DNA of 28,831 bases from Candidatus Zixiibacteriota bacterium (lineage in GTDB: Bacteria > Zixibacteria > MSB-5A5 > GN15 > JAAZOE01): NCBI GenBank assembly GCA_043819555.1, contig JBDREQ010000074.1, forward strand, positions 1 to 28,831, given 5' to 3'. Below, one piece after another: positions 8,441-17,914 of the stretch. Positions within the stretch are counted from its first letter, which is position 1, and every line of letters begins with the position of its first letter. Under the pieces are notes generated by a model. That model was not told where the DNA came from. It searched no databases and saw only the letters and a program-made list of their open reading frames with translations. A program made the translations under genes and the position numbers.

Positions 8441-10705
8441 CTACATGCCCTTGAATGGATTCATACCGTATTTTTCAATCACTTCACCAAACTCGTTAAA
8501 TATCTCGGCCAATTTATCATATTCGGAAATTTGCAATTGATGCAGCTCGACTCGCTCATTTTCCATTGCCATCTGTTCCAGTTTTTCCCGGATGTTTTCA
8601 CCGCGTGAAACGCATAATTCGCTTCCTTTACAAAAATGGCACTGATAGTCATCGCCGTATTTGCATCCGATCAAAAGTGCTCCGTCAAATCCCGCCGAAA
8701 TCGCTTCGGTAATCCAGACAGTATTAACCGAACCAAGACATCGGACGGGAATTACTCGGACAAAGGGGTTATACTGAATATGATGCTGGCCCATTAAATC
8801 CATCGCGGGAAAGGCGTCGTTTTCGCAGAGTAATGCAAGAATGCGCGGTTTTTCTTCATCTTCATCGGGAACATGTATCGATTTTATCATCGAGGCAATC
8901 ATATTGACCGAATAATCCTTAAATGATACAATTCTTTCAGGGCAAGCCCCCATGCAGACGCCGCACCTGCGGCAGCGTGTGGTTTGAAGCAAAGGAGTCC
9001 CTTTTTCATCTTCATTGAGAACTCCAAACGGACATTCTTCGGTGCATCGTTTGCATTGGGTGCATTTTTGCAAAAAGAAATCGGGATACGATTTATCCCC
9101 CGCGCGTGGGTGTACCGCTTCACCTCTTGAAGTCATTTCCACGCATTGGATAGCCTTTAAAGCGGCTCCGGCGGCGTCAGTTCGACTTCCCATCCCATCC
9201 ATCGGTGAGCGCACGCATCCGGCCGGATAGATTCCGGTTCGCCGGCTTTCATATGGAAAACAAATAAAATGTGAATCCGGAAATCCATATTGGAGGGCAG
9301 GAAGATCGGGTCCCTGGCGATAATTGAGATTGAGGATTTCGGTCCCCTCATGCCATTTGAGCTCTTCGATTGTTTCAGCCGCCCTCTGGCGTTGGGTTTC
9401 CGATTCGCCTTCGGTGACTTTAATTTTCGCTTCTTCAAGTTTCCGAATTGCCTCGCCGTCGGCGGAATTCGGTCTCATGCCTGCCGCCAGTACCACTAAA
9501 TCAACTTCAATCTGCATTTGGTTTTCCGGCATGGTGTTTCGGGCAGTCAAAACCAATCGGCCATTTTCGGCGAGCGTTATATCGGAAACCTCGCCTCGTG
9601 TAAAAAATACTCCCGGATCTTCCTGAACCCGGCGATAAAAGTCCTCATATTGGCCCGGGGTGCGAATGAATTCATAGAATATATACGCCTTTGTATCCTC
9701 ACGCTCCCGGAGATATAAGGCCTGCTTAAGCGTGGTCAGGCAACATATTGAGGAGCAATAAGAGTGCTGGTTCTTTTCCCGATTTCCCGAACATTGAATA
9801 AAAGCAATAGTTTTGGCGTCCTTTCCGTCAGAGGGACGGGTAATCCGCCCGGATGATTTGACCATGTCTTCCAAATCAACATTCAAAATCACATCATCCA
9901 GTTTCCCGTACGGTAAAGATTCTCTGTTATCAGCCGGATTCCATCCTGTTGCCTGAATTATAGCGCCAACCCTAAAAGACGCAATTGAATCTCCGTTTCC
10001 TTTATTAGAGGATTTTAGCTTTACATCGAATAATCCAGGCGCGCCGGAAATTTCGGCGGGCATAGTTTGAGTATAAACCTGGATATTATCGCTTCCCTCA
10101 ATCTCATCGATTGAAAAATCAATATTTGTTTCTTCCAAATCACGAAACGGAGGTTTAGTCGGGATTGATTTGTGCTGCCTGCCCAGCCAACCGCCGAGCC
10201 TATCGCTTTTTTCAACGAGATGAACTCCATAACCGGCTTTTGACATTTCGATCGCCGCCGTTATACCGGTAATACCACCGCCAACAACAAGAACGTTCTT
10301 ATCAATTTCTTCTTCAGGCAGAAACGGCTCCAGCATTTCCATTTTCTTCAATTTGGTGATATACATGCGCAGCATATCCTCGGCAAGCATCTGGGTATTT
10401 TCTTCATTCGCAGGCTGGCACCAGACGACATGCTCGCGAAGCGCCACTTTTTCAACGATGACATTTTCCGGAAACATATCGTGAGTGTAGAGGCGGGAAG
10501 ATATTCCAGCGATTAGTATTTTATTCAGATTCTTAGCCTTAATTTCTTCATTGACCACGGCCAGTTCTGTTTTTTCGCATGATTCTATCCTGCGACAAAT
10601 CGAAACCTTATATTCTTCTTCGGCCACTTTACAAAGCGCTTCGACATCCAATGCTTCGGCGATCCCGTAACCGGTGCAGATAAATACGCCAATGTTATTT
10701 TCCAT
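8441..10705 (-). CDS. qmoB: QmoB: HdrA-like flavoprotein fused to a ferredoxin domain and an MvhD-like domain
   Basis: VLVVGGGITG FAD motif; FIQCSG...YCSSICC; QmoB-typical NLNYRQGP...DSHFICFPYESRRTGIY; CTQCKRCTEECP and CRRCGVCMGACP; MvhD-like CENDA...VRCLGS...GCKYGDDYQCHF. Confidence 0.95.
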   Translation of the reverse strand: MENNIGVFICTGYGIAEALDVEALCKVAEEEYKVSICRRIESCEKTELAVVNEEIKAKNLNKILIAGISSRLYTHDMFPENVIVEKVALREHVVWCQPANEENTQMLAEDMLRMYITKLKKMEMLEPFLPEEEIDKNVLVVGGGITGITAAIEMSKAGYGVHLVEKSDRLGGWLGRQHKSIPTKPPFRDLEETNIDFSIDEIEGSDNIQVYTQTMPAEISGAPGLFDVKLKSSNKGNGDSIASFRVGAIIQATGWNPADNRESLPYGKLDDVILNVDLEDMVKSSGRITRPSDGKDAKTIAFIQCSGNREKNQHSYCSSICCLTTLKQALYLREREDTKAYIFYEFIRTPGQYEDFYRRVQEDPGVFFTRGEVSDITLAENGRLVLTARNTMPENQMQIEVDLVVLAAGMRPNSADGEAIRKLEEAKIKVTEGESETQRQRAAETIEELKWHEGTEILNLNYRQGPDLPALQYGFPDSHFICFPYESRRTGIYPAGCVRSPMDGMGSRTDAAGAALKAIQCVEMTSRGEAVHPRAGDKSYPDFFLQKCTQCKRCTEECPFGVLNEDEKGTPLLQTTRCRRCGVCMGACPERIVSFKDYSVNMIASMIKSIHVPDEDEEKPRILALLCENDAFPAMDLMGQHHIQYNPFVRVIPVRCLGSVNTVWITEAISAGFDGALLIGCKYGDDYQCHFCKGSELCVSRGENIREKLEQMAMENERVELHQLQISEYDKLAEIFNEFGEVIEKYGMNPFKGM

Positions 10706-11972
10706 AATGGCCTATTCCTTTATTGAGGCATTGAATTGCTTTCAATGCTGCCGCAGTTGAATCTTTTGTCGCCCGGGAAACATCGCACGGATGCTTGACA
10801 CAGCCGGCCGCGTAAATAGCATTGCCATTGGAGGATTCATCGAAAAATCCGTACTCATCAGTTTTTAATGCCGGGTCAATATTTATATTATTTGTATTGG
10901 GCACGATACCTGTGGACAGGACGATCATATCAAATGAAGGATGCAGATTTTCGCGAGCAATCGTGTCCTCGACATCAAGAATCAAGTTATTGGTTCCGGG
11001 TTCTTCATAAATATTCGCGACCTTGCCTTTGATGAATGAAATCCCCTTTATTTCGAGAGTCTCCTGATAAAATATCTCATGCCGCCCAATTGCCCTGATA
11101 TCAATATAAAATATCGTGACCGTTGCCTTATCATTCTTCTCCATGATATATCGTGCCTGTTTCATTGCGGCCATGCAGCACACCGCCGAACAGTAGGGGA
11201 GATGGTTGACATCTCGAGAACCGGCGCATTGGACAAAGGCGATATTTTCTGCCTTTTTGCCATCTGAGGGACGAGTGATTTTCCCTCCGGTAGGGCCGTT
11301 CTGAGAGGCCAATCGTTCCATCATGACATTAGTTATTACGTTTTCGTATTTCCCAAATCCAAGGGTATCCAAACGGGTTGCATCATAAGGCTTCCATCCG
11401 GTAGCAATGATAATTGCCGCCACTTCAATTTCAATATCCTCAGGGGTCATATTCAAATCAATGGCGCCGGGTGGACTTAATTCACCTAATTTACTGGCGT
11501 CTTCATTGGATAATGCCGCCCAATCAATGACGTATTCTTTGGGATAAGCCATGTCATGGGGAATATAGAGAGCCTTGGTTTTATCCATACCATAGTTGAA
11601 ATCATTATCCCGTTCGGAAGATATCTGATTTGAAATTGAATCATCGATTAGAGAACTAACGGTAACATAACTTGGTTTTTTTCTGAGGTGAATTTTGTAA
11701 TTTCCGGGACTGCCTGAAATTTCTTCGACAGTGGTGAGAGTATGAATGGAAATTCTGGGGTTTTGTTTTATTCTGCGGGTATTGATTTCGAAACCGCAGG
11801 TGGGTGGACACATTTTGGGAAAGTATCGATGCATACGCATTACCCGCCCGCCGAGATACGATTCCTTCTCAACGAGGATAACACGGTAACCGACTTCGGC
11901 AGCTTCCACTGCCGCCGTCATTCCCGAAATGCCGCCTCCAATTACAAGAATCGGCTTTGCGTTATTGTTCAT
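10695..11972 (-). CDS. qmoA: QmoA: HdrA-like FAD/FeS subunit
   Basis: ILVIGGGISG; YFPKMCPPTCGFEI; GPTGGKITRPSDGK; FVQCAGSRD..HLPYCSAVCC; AAALKAIQ. Overlaps the qmoB start by 11 bp. Confidence 0.95.
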   Translation of the reverse strand: MNNNAKPILVIGGGISGMTAAVEAAEVGYRVILVEKESYLGGRVMRMHRYFPKMCPPTCGFEINTRRIKQNPRISIHTLTTVEEISGSPGNYKIHLRKKPSYVTVSSLIDDSISNQISSERDNDFNYGMDKTKALYIPHDMAYPKEYVIDWAALSNEDASKLGELSPPGAIDLNMTPEDIEIEVAAIIIATGWKPYDATRLDTLGFGKYENVITNVMMERLASQNGPTGGKITRPSDGKKAENIAFVQCAGSRDVNHLPYCSAVCCMAAMKQARYIMEKNDKATVTIFYIDIRAIGRHEIFYQETLEIKGISFIKGKVANIYEEPGTNNLILDVEDTIARENLHPSFDMIVLSTGIVPNTNNINIDPALKTDEYGFFDESSNGNAIYAAGCVKHPCDVSRATKDSTAAALKAIQCLNKGIGHYGK

Positions 11973-12463
11973 CCCTCCCTCTTGCCTTTATATAGCTTCT
12001 CGCCTGTGATGCATGCCCGGTGTAATCAGAGTCGATCATTTTGGGATTCTGATATATGGGTCATACCTGATGGCGGTTTTTTATGTTCGATACAATTGTC
12101 TCCATATTTATGACTTTGGGAGGTTATCCATGTCTGCTCCAAATGGCCAGATATGGATGCCCTTAATCAAAAATCGATCCAGCAATGCCCGCGATATCAA
12201 ACTTATTAAGCCGTTTTTGGCCGATGAATTACAACAAACCTGGCTGATTCCACAAAGATTGAGGTATATACCAGATCTTTCGATAATATTAAGATGTGCC
12301 CGCGATGTATGAGCTGTGATACACTAAGAAAAAAACATCATCCCGTACCCATTATATATTGGGCAATATTGTCCTTATTGTCAAGTAAAATATATGGGAT
12401 AGCAGAATAAATGATTATCGAAATGAAAATATTTGCCATAAATTATTTATTTGAAATTTCCAC

Positions 12464-12492
12464 TTGCGCTATATGAAATTAACCTATATTAT
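12464..12492 (+). promoter_or_regulatory. Possible sigma70 promoter for the PiT transporter
   Basis: TTGCGC-17 nt-TATTAT, about 105 bp upstream of the ATG at 12599, in an AT-rich intergenic region. Confidence 0.35.
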
Positions 12493-12598
12493 AGCCCGAA
12501 TTCAAACCTTTTAAATGGCTGTTGAGACAGGCAATTGTTAATTTCACATGGCAATTTAAATAACAGGGCGAAACAATTAATTCCAAAAGTATAAAATT

Positions 12599-14863
12599 AT
12601 GGGCATAGAGTTTTTTCTTGGAATAATTATCCTGATGGGATGTTTTACCGTTTTTAACCTGATCGTTGGTGTAAGCAACGACGCAGTCAATTTCCTGAAT
12701 TCATCAATTGGTTCCAGCGTAGCTCCCCGTCATATTATTATGATTATTGCCAGCTTGGGAATTCTTGTTGGAGTGACTTTTTCTGGCGGCATGATGGAAG
12801 TGGCTCGCAAGGGAATATTCCATCCCAATTTATTTACCATGCCGGAATTGGCATACATATTTTTGGCGGTTATAATGACAAATATTCTCCTGCTTGATCT
12901 ATTCAATTCCTATGCCCTTCCGACGTCGACTACCGTTTCTATCGTATTCGAACTTTTGGGTGCGGCTTCCGCCGCATCGGTTATCAAGATTTTAAATGCG
13001 GGAAATGATATTTCAACTGTTATTGATTATATTAATACAAGTAAGGCGGCCACTATAATCTTTGGAATTTTATTTTCTGTCGCGATCGCGTTTATCTGCG
13101 GGGCGATTGCTCAGTTTTTGAGTCGTTTACTTTTCACTTTTGATTACATGACAAAGATTAAGCGATACGGAGCCATTTGGGGCAGCATTGCTCTGTCAAT
13201 GATTACGTATTTCATATTAGTAAAAGGCGCTAAAGGCTCGACTATAATTTCGCCAGATAGTGCCCAATGGATTGTTTCACATACTTTTCAAATCTTTATA
13301 TTAATTATCCCGATTTTGGCTTTGATACTGCAAGTATTACTCATGATGAAGATAAGTATTTTTAAGCTAATTGTTTTGATAGGCACTTTTGCCCTGGCTA
13401 TGGCATTTGCGGCCAACGATCTTGTCAACTTTATTGGTGTTCCTATGGCCGGTTTTCACGCCTATAATGCCGCGATTTCATCCGATGCACCTCTTACCAT
13501 AACAATGGATGCTTTGGGCAAGGAAGTTCCGACTGAAACGTATCTGCTTCTTATCTCAGGTTTCATAATGGTTGTCACGTTATGGATCTCAAAGAAGGCA
13601 AGAACGGTCACTGAAACTGAGATTAGTCTTGGCCAGCAACATGAAGGAGTAGAAAGATTTGATTCCTCATTTATGTCTCGGTTTATCGTAACGACTATTA
13701 GAGGCTTCTTTGATGTGATTGTGAAATTCACTCCCCGTCAAATTCAATCGTGGTTCGCAAATCGTTTATCTCCACCAAAAATGGGATCAGAAACCGATCA
13801 GGAAAATCGCCCCAAATTTGACCTTTTAAGAGCCTCAGTCAACCTCATGGTTGCCAGCGCCGTAATATCGTACGCCACTTCTCAAAAACTTCCGCTTTCG
13901 ACTACTTACGTTACATTTATGGTTGCGATGGGAGCTTCTTTTGCCGACCGGGCCTGGGGTAGAGAAAGCGCCGTTTATCGCGTAACCGGTATGCTTACTG
14001 TTATCGGCGGTTGGTTTATTACCGCTTTACTTGCCTTTGCGATATCGGCATGCTTTTCAGCGATAATATTCTATGGGGAAACAATGGGCATATTTGCGCT
14101 GCTGATAATAGGCGGCCTCATAATCATGAAGAATCATAAAGTCCATATCAAACGGAGAGAATCGCGGGCTGGCGATGAAATTTTCAATTTGAAAAAAGTG
14201 ACTGATCTTCAGGATACGATCTACAAAACATTTGAACACATGAGTTATTTAATCCGGTATCTTCGTGATTCACTCGACAATGCGCTGGAAGGCCTTTTCA
14301 TTCAGAGTAAACATATTCTAGGCGAAGAGAAAAATAAATCAGGAAAAATTCAGCGCTGGTCAAATATCATAACCGCCAATGTTTTTAAGGCGATGCGCCT
14401 GATGCAAAAGGAGGATATGCAAGCTTCCTACAAATATGGTCAAACCATCCGCCGGTTGCAGAAGCTGGTTGACGGTCACCGCGATATTGTCATGCGCTCG
14501 CACAGCCATATCAATAACCACCATAAGGGATTGCTTAATGTCCAAATTGATGAATTGCGACAGGTCAAATCTATCTTGATTGATATCCTTTCAGAAGTTG
14601 AAAAAAGTATCAGCCGCCGTCAGTTGGAAAAAACGGATAAGATAGAGGCCAAAGCGAAAGAATTGAGAATCCTGGCGCAACAATTTCATGAAATCCAATT
14701 GGAAAGAGTTCGCGGCAATGAATCCAAGACGCGACTGAATATACTGTATTATTCGATAATTGGTAATGCCATGATGCTGACCAAACAAAACCTCAAGCTT
14801 CTTGAAATATACAATGAATCCTTTGGCCAGGTTGAAGAGATTACTGATTTTGATCTGGATTAA
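12599..14863 (+). CDS. PiT/PHO4-family inorganic phosphate (anion) transporter with a C-terminal PhoU-like helical domain
   Basis: Duplicated PiT signatures GVSNDAVN / FAANDLVN and PTSTT / PLSTT. Many TM segments. Soluble helical C-terminus of about 240 aa. Confidence 0.88.
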   Translation: MGIEFFLGIIILMGCFTVFNLIVGVSNDAVNFLNSSIGSSVAPRHIIMIIASLGILVGVTFSGGMMEVARKGIFHPNLFTMPELAYIFLAVIMTNILLLDLFNSYALPTSTTVSIVFELLGAASAASVIKILNAGNDISTVIDYINTSKAATIIFGILFSVAIAFICGAIAQFLSRLLFTFDYMTKIKRYGAIWGSIALSMITYFILVKGAKGSTIISPDSAQWIVSHTFQIFILIIPILALILQVLLMMKISIFKLIVLIGTFALAMAFAANDLVNFIGVPMAGFHAYNAAISSDAPLTITMDALGKEVPTETYLLLISGFIMVVTLWISKKARTVTETEISLGQQHEGVERFDSSFMSRFIVTTIRGFFDVIVKFTPRQIQSWFANRLSPPKMGSETDQENRPKFDLLRASVNLMVASAVISYATSQKLPLSTTYVTFMVAMGASFADRAWGRESAVYRVTGMLTVIGGWFITALLAFAISACFSAIIFYGETMGIFALLIIGGLIIMKNHKVHIKRRESRAGDEIFNLKKVTDLQDTIYKTFEHMSYLIRYLRDSLDNALEGLFIQSKHILGEEKNKSGKIQRWSNIITANVFKAMRLMQKEDMQASYKYGQTIRRLQKLVDGHRDIVMRSHSHINNHHKGLLNVQIDELRQVKSILIDILSEVEKSISRRQLEKTDKIEAKAKELRILAQQFHEIQLERVRGNESKTRLNILYYSIIGNAMMLTKQNLKLLEIYNESFGQVEEITDFDLD

Positions 14864-15054
14864 TCTCTGAAAACTTGGTCGAATTATTCGATATTTATCT
14901 CTTTCAGAGGAAATTATCCAGCAAGAATTAATAACGCCCGGATATTCATCTCACCGATGATCAAAAACTGAACATTTTTTCACATTGCCAAAATGCACGC
15001 CCGTGTTAATCAACGAGTTATGCCGCCATAAGTGGATATTAACGTCCAAAACAG

Positions 15055-15082
15055 TTGACAAAAAATGGAATTGTGGTATTTT
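15055..15082 (+). promoter_or_regulatory. Probable sigma70 promoter for the barrel/PKD operon
   Basis: Perfect TTGACA, 16-nt spacer, then an extended -10 (TGg-TATTTT). Confidence 0.5.
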
Positions 15083-15337
15083 GAAAATGTAACTATATAT
15101 CCCGGGCGAAATAACAAAAATCGTGGGATAATGCCTGACCGGGATGAACAGGCATTGATGGAGATTTAATTTTTTTTACTCGCCAAAATGGCGGGGGCGG
15201 TTATTCAATTGAATTACATACCGGGTTTTTCCCCGGCCAAAGCAACGATAACAACTTTGAATTAACTTCGAAAAATGCGGCATATTAATTGCTTTTGTTA
15301 TATGAAAATCACAAATGTAAAAATAAGGCAGGTGATT

Positions 15338-17902
15338 ATGACTCCATTTGCTAATTTTCTGCAAAATGGACTAATTGTCATAGTCTTTATTTTATTGGGG
15401 GCAAGCCCCTCGGTAGGTAAAGTAATCAAATGGCATGATCAGTCCCAGGGGAAGCAGGATTTGCTTTTGCTTGGTTTTGGCGAAATAACCTTGCATGGAC
15501 TCAGTATCAGCGGAAATAAATCCGTATTTGAGAGTGCAAATCCAACCTTAAAAGAGGATTTTTCCTCTAATTACAGGTTGTCACTTTTTGCCAACGGCAA
15601 TACTACCAAGAACTTCCATGTAAACGGGGCGGCAATCGTCGATTCCAGAATAGGCGATGAATATTACACCTATGATCCTTCTACATTCCGTCTAAGAATG
15701 TCGGTTAAATCCACAGAACCTATCTGGGATGGATGGCGTTTTACTGGCCAGGGTTTATATGACCCCCACCGCCAATGGGAATTGGAAAATCTTGATACCC
15801 GCCTGCTGACACAGCCACAGGAACCGGCCAAGCTCGAACTTCTCATGCGTTTGGAGTCGGATAAAAACGGATTGGTTGAAGGCGGCTCACTTCGCCCGAG
15901 TTTTAAAAATACAAAATTCAGCCTTCACCAGAGATCTCTTTTTGGGGCTTATGCGGATTTGCACACCGAACATGTTGGTCTTGAAGCCGTAGGAGGTAAA
16001 CTCGAAGGTAAAGCCTTCCGCGAGGGAACTTCGGTCGGTATTCGTGCCAACGGGACAACCGGACCGTTTGATTTATCTAATGCCCCGATTACTCGGGGCA
16101 GTGATGTAGTAAAAATTCAAGTCAGGGACAGATTTGACGAAACGACAGTTCTATCCACCCAAATTCTCAGGCGCGACATTGACTATACTGCCGATTATCT
16201 CCGCGGGCGAATTCTACTCCATCAGCCCGTCGCCAGCGAGACTCCGTCATCCGATCCGGTTTATATCGTTATTACTTATGATTATCTGCGGGAAAACAAT
16301 GATGAACTGGCCGGAGGTCGGGCTCGAGTAATGCCAGACGATGGCGTCCAGATCAGCGGATCATATCTGCATCGTTTCATAGATGACCATGCTTCCGGGA
16401 TGGGTGAAGATGAGCCGGAGAATTTACTTTCTGCCGACGGTATTTTTAAGATTAAAGACCATTCAACCGGATATTTCGAAATCGCCAATAGTGAAAATCC
16501 GAATATTGATGACAAATATACAGCGGTGCGAGCCGGAGCTCAAACGGAAGCTATTAAGGATTTGAAACTGAATATCAATTACATGGAAATTGATGATAAA
16601 TTCAGGTCATTTACAAACTCTGATCTCAATCCCAATAAGAATCAGCGTCGGATTCATGCCGGTGGAAAATTAAAATTAACCGAAAAACAAACCGCCGAGG
16701 CATCATATGTAAATTTGCGCGGTTTGGAAGACAATGGCTTGAATAATCCATATCCAGGTATCCTGAATCAGAACATCATCAAACTCGGATATAAAAACGA
16801 TTGGATTGATAAATTAAGATTTTCTGTCAAAGCCGAACGCCGGGAAAAAGAAGACCAGCTCAATTCAGGCCATGAAGACAACTATCAAAACCGGGCAATA
16901 CTTGATTTAGCTGGGACATTTGAAGATTTTGGCATTTTGGGCAAGCTGGATTATACGGCCAATTATGAAAAAATTATGTTTCGCAATAATATCCAGCTGG
17001 GTGAAAATGATGCCAACACTAACCAGTTGGCATTGACTTTGAAAAGTCAACCAAGCGAACGGGCGATCATCAGCCTAACTCAGCGCGTTTCTATTAAAAA
17101 GGACAAAAAACTTAATCTATACGACGATCGCCAGGATGCTCTGTTTGCCAATATTCAACTCATGCCGGGCGATAACTTCAAATTATTGACAACGGGTGAA
17201 TATAAGAGATACACCGTTCCAAACAACAGCGTCAGTATCTGGCAGGATGATCCCACACGAGTTGATAAGGCCGGAACCTTCGCAGCCGAATATATTCCGC
17301 TGGACAAGATTAAGGTGATTGGTAAAATTGGCCGCCGTGAATCGGAACGTTGGTTTACTGATCCCGATTCCACGACTCGAGTAACCAACGATTTTCTCCA
17401 GGGACAATTGACCTATTTCCATACTCATCACCTGTCATTTGACATTGAAAATGAATATCGTCAAATGGCCAAATACAATACCACGGATGACTTCAGCAAG
17501 ATCTGGGATTTGGGTTTGCGCGTTAATTGGAATAAAGACCGGTTGAATGAACTTACGGCCGGATTTATCAGGCGGTGGCAATCCAACAAATTCCAGCCTC
17601 TCGATGAAATCGTTTCGACTTCTTACATTTTACTTTTCAGCGGTTCGGTTTCATTTATGGAACACTTATTTGCGCGGGGATCGGTCAAAGAGATATTACT
17701 CAAAGATATTCCCGATCCCGATCCATTGAACAATGGATTCGATGATAAAAAGACAATAACGAAACTGGAGGCCGGCTATGATAGCCATAGTTGGTTTAGG
17801 GCCTCGATCGGATATGAACGAATCGCGAGCGATGTTGATCTCCAGCCGGTTCGCAATTATACCGGCCAGGGCGTCTTTGTTCGTTTCACAGGTAAAATGT
17901 AG
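15338..17902 (+). CDS. Large predicted outer-membrane beta-barrel protein (DUF11/OmpA-locus-associated type)
   Basis: Signal peptide from ATG 15338 (AGGTGA RBS; the ORF track starts at 15275). Long run of amphipathic beta-strands ending GVFVRFTGKM. Internal segment GTTGPF..SNAPITRGSDVVKIQVRDR...LRRDIDYTADYLRGRILLHQPV resembles barrels I recall from DUF11/OmpA loci. Confidence 0.7.
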   Translation: MTPFANFLQNGLIVIVFILLGASPSVGKVIKWHDQSQGKQDLLLLGFGEITLHGLSISGNKSVFESANPTLKEDFSSNYRLSLFANGNTTKNFHVNGAAIVDSRIGDEYYTYDPSTFRLRMSVKSTEPIWDGWRFTGQGLYDPHRQWELENLDTRLLTQPQEPAKLELLMRLESDKNGLVEGGSLRPSFKNTKFSLHQRSLFGAYADLHTEHVGLEAVGGKLEGKAFREGTSVGIRANGTTGPFDLSNAPITRGSDVVKIQVRDRFDETTVLSTQILRRDIDYTADYLRGRILLHQPVASETPSSDPVYIVITYDYLRENNDELAGGRARVMPDDGVQISGSYLHRFIDDHASGMGEDEPENLLSADGIFKIKDHSTGYFEIANSENPNIDDKYTAVRAGAQTEAIKDLKLNINYMEIDDKFRSFTNSDLNPNKNQRRIHAGGKLKLTEKQTAEASYVNLRGLEDNGLNNPYPGILNQNIIKLGYKNDWIDKLRFSVKAERREKEDQLNSGHEDNYQNRAILDLAGTFEDFGILGKLDYTANYEKIMFRNNIQLGENDANTNQLALTLKSQPSERAIISLTQRVSIKKDKKLNLYDDRQDALFANIQLMPGDNFKLLTTGEYKRYTVPNNSVSIWQDDPTRVDKAGTFAAEYIPLDKIKVIGKIGRRESERWFTDPDSTTRVTNDFLQGQLTYFHTHHLSFDIENEYRQMAKYNTTDDFSKIWDLGLRVNWNKDRLNELTAGFIRRWQSNKFQPLDEIVSTSYILLFSGSVSFMEHLFARGSVKEILLKDIPDPDPLNNGFDDKKTITKLEAGYDSHSWFRASIGYERIASDVDLQPVRNYTGQGVFVRFTGKM

Positions 17903-17914
17903 GAGCGTGCCATT

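Noticed and set aside
12186..12306. 10-bp direct repeat TGCCCGCGAT about 111 bp apart
   Set aside because: Only two short copies; cannot be distinguished from chance.
12013..12312. 99-aa plus-strand ORF between qmoA and the transporter
   Set aside because: No RBS or recognisable motif, and it lies antisense in the presumed qmo leader or promoter region.
12351..12384. Minus-strand TTGACA and TATAAT as the qmo promoter
   Set aside because: The spacer is 22 nt, too long for one sigma70 promoter. The overlapping near-palindromes (CCCATTATATATTGGG, GGGCAATATTGTCC) could be operators but are unsupported.
12530..12570. Pho box upstream of the PiT transporter
   Set aside because: The TGTTA/TTCACA-like half-sites lack the required 11-bp periodicity.
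11973..12598. aprA remnant upstream of qmoA (a minus-strand frame reads ...DPYIRIPK*, vaguely like the AprA C-terminus)
   Set aside because: The frame is open for only about 14 codons and there is no other similarity; probably chance.
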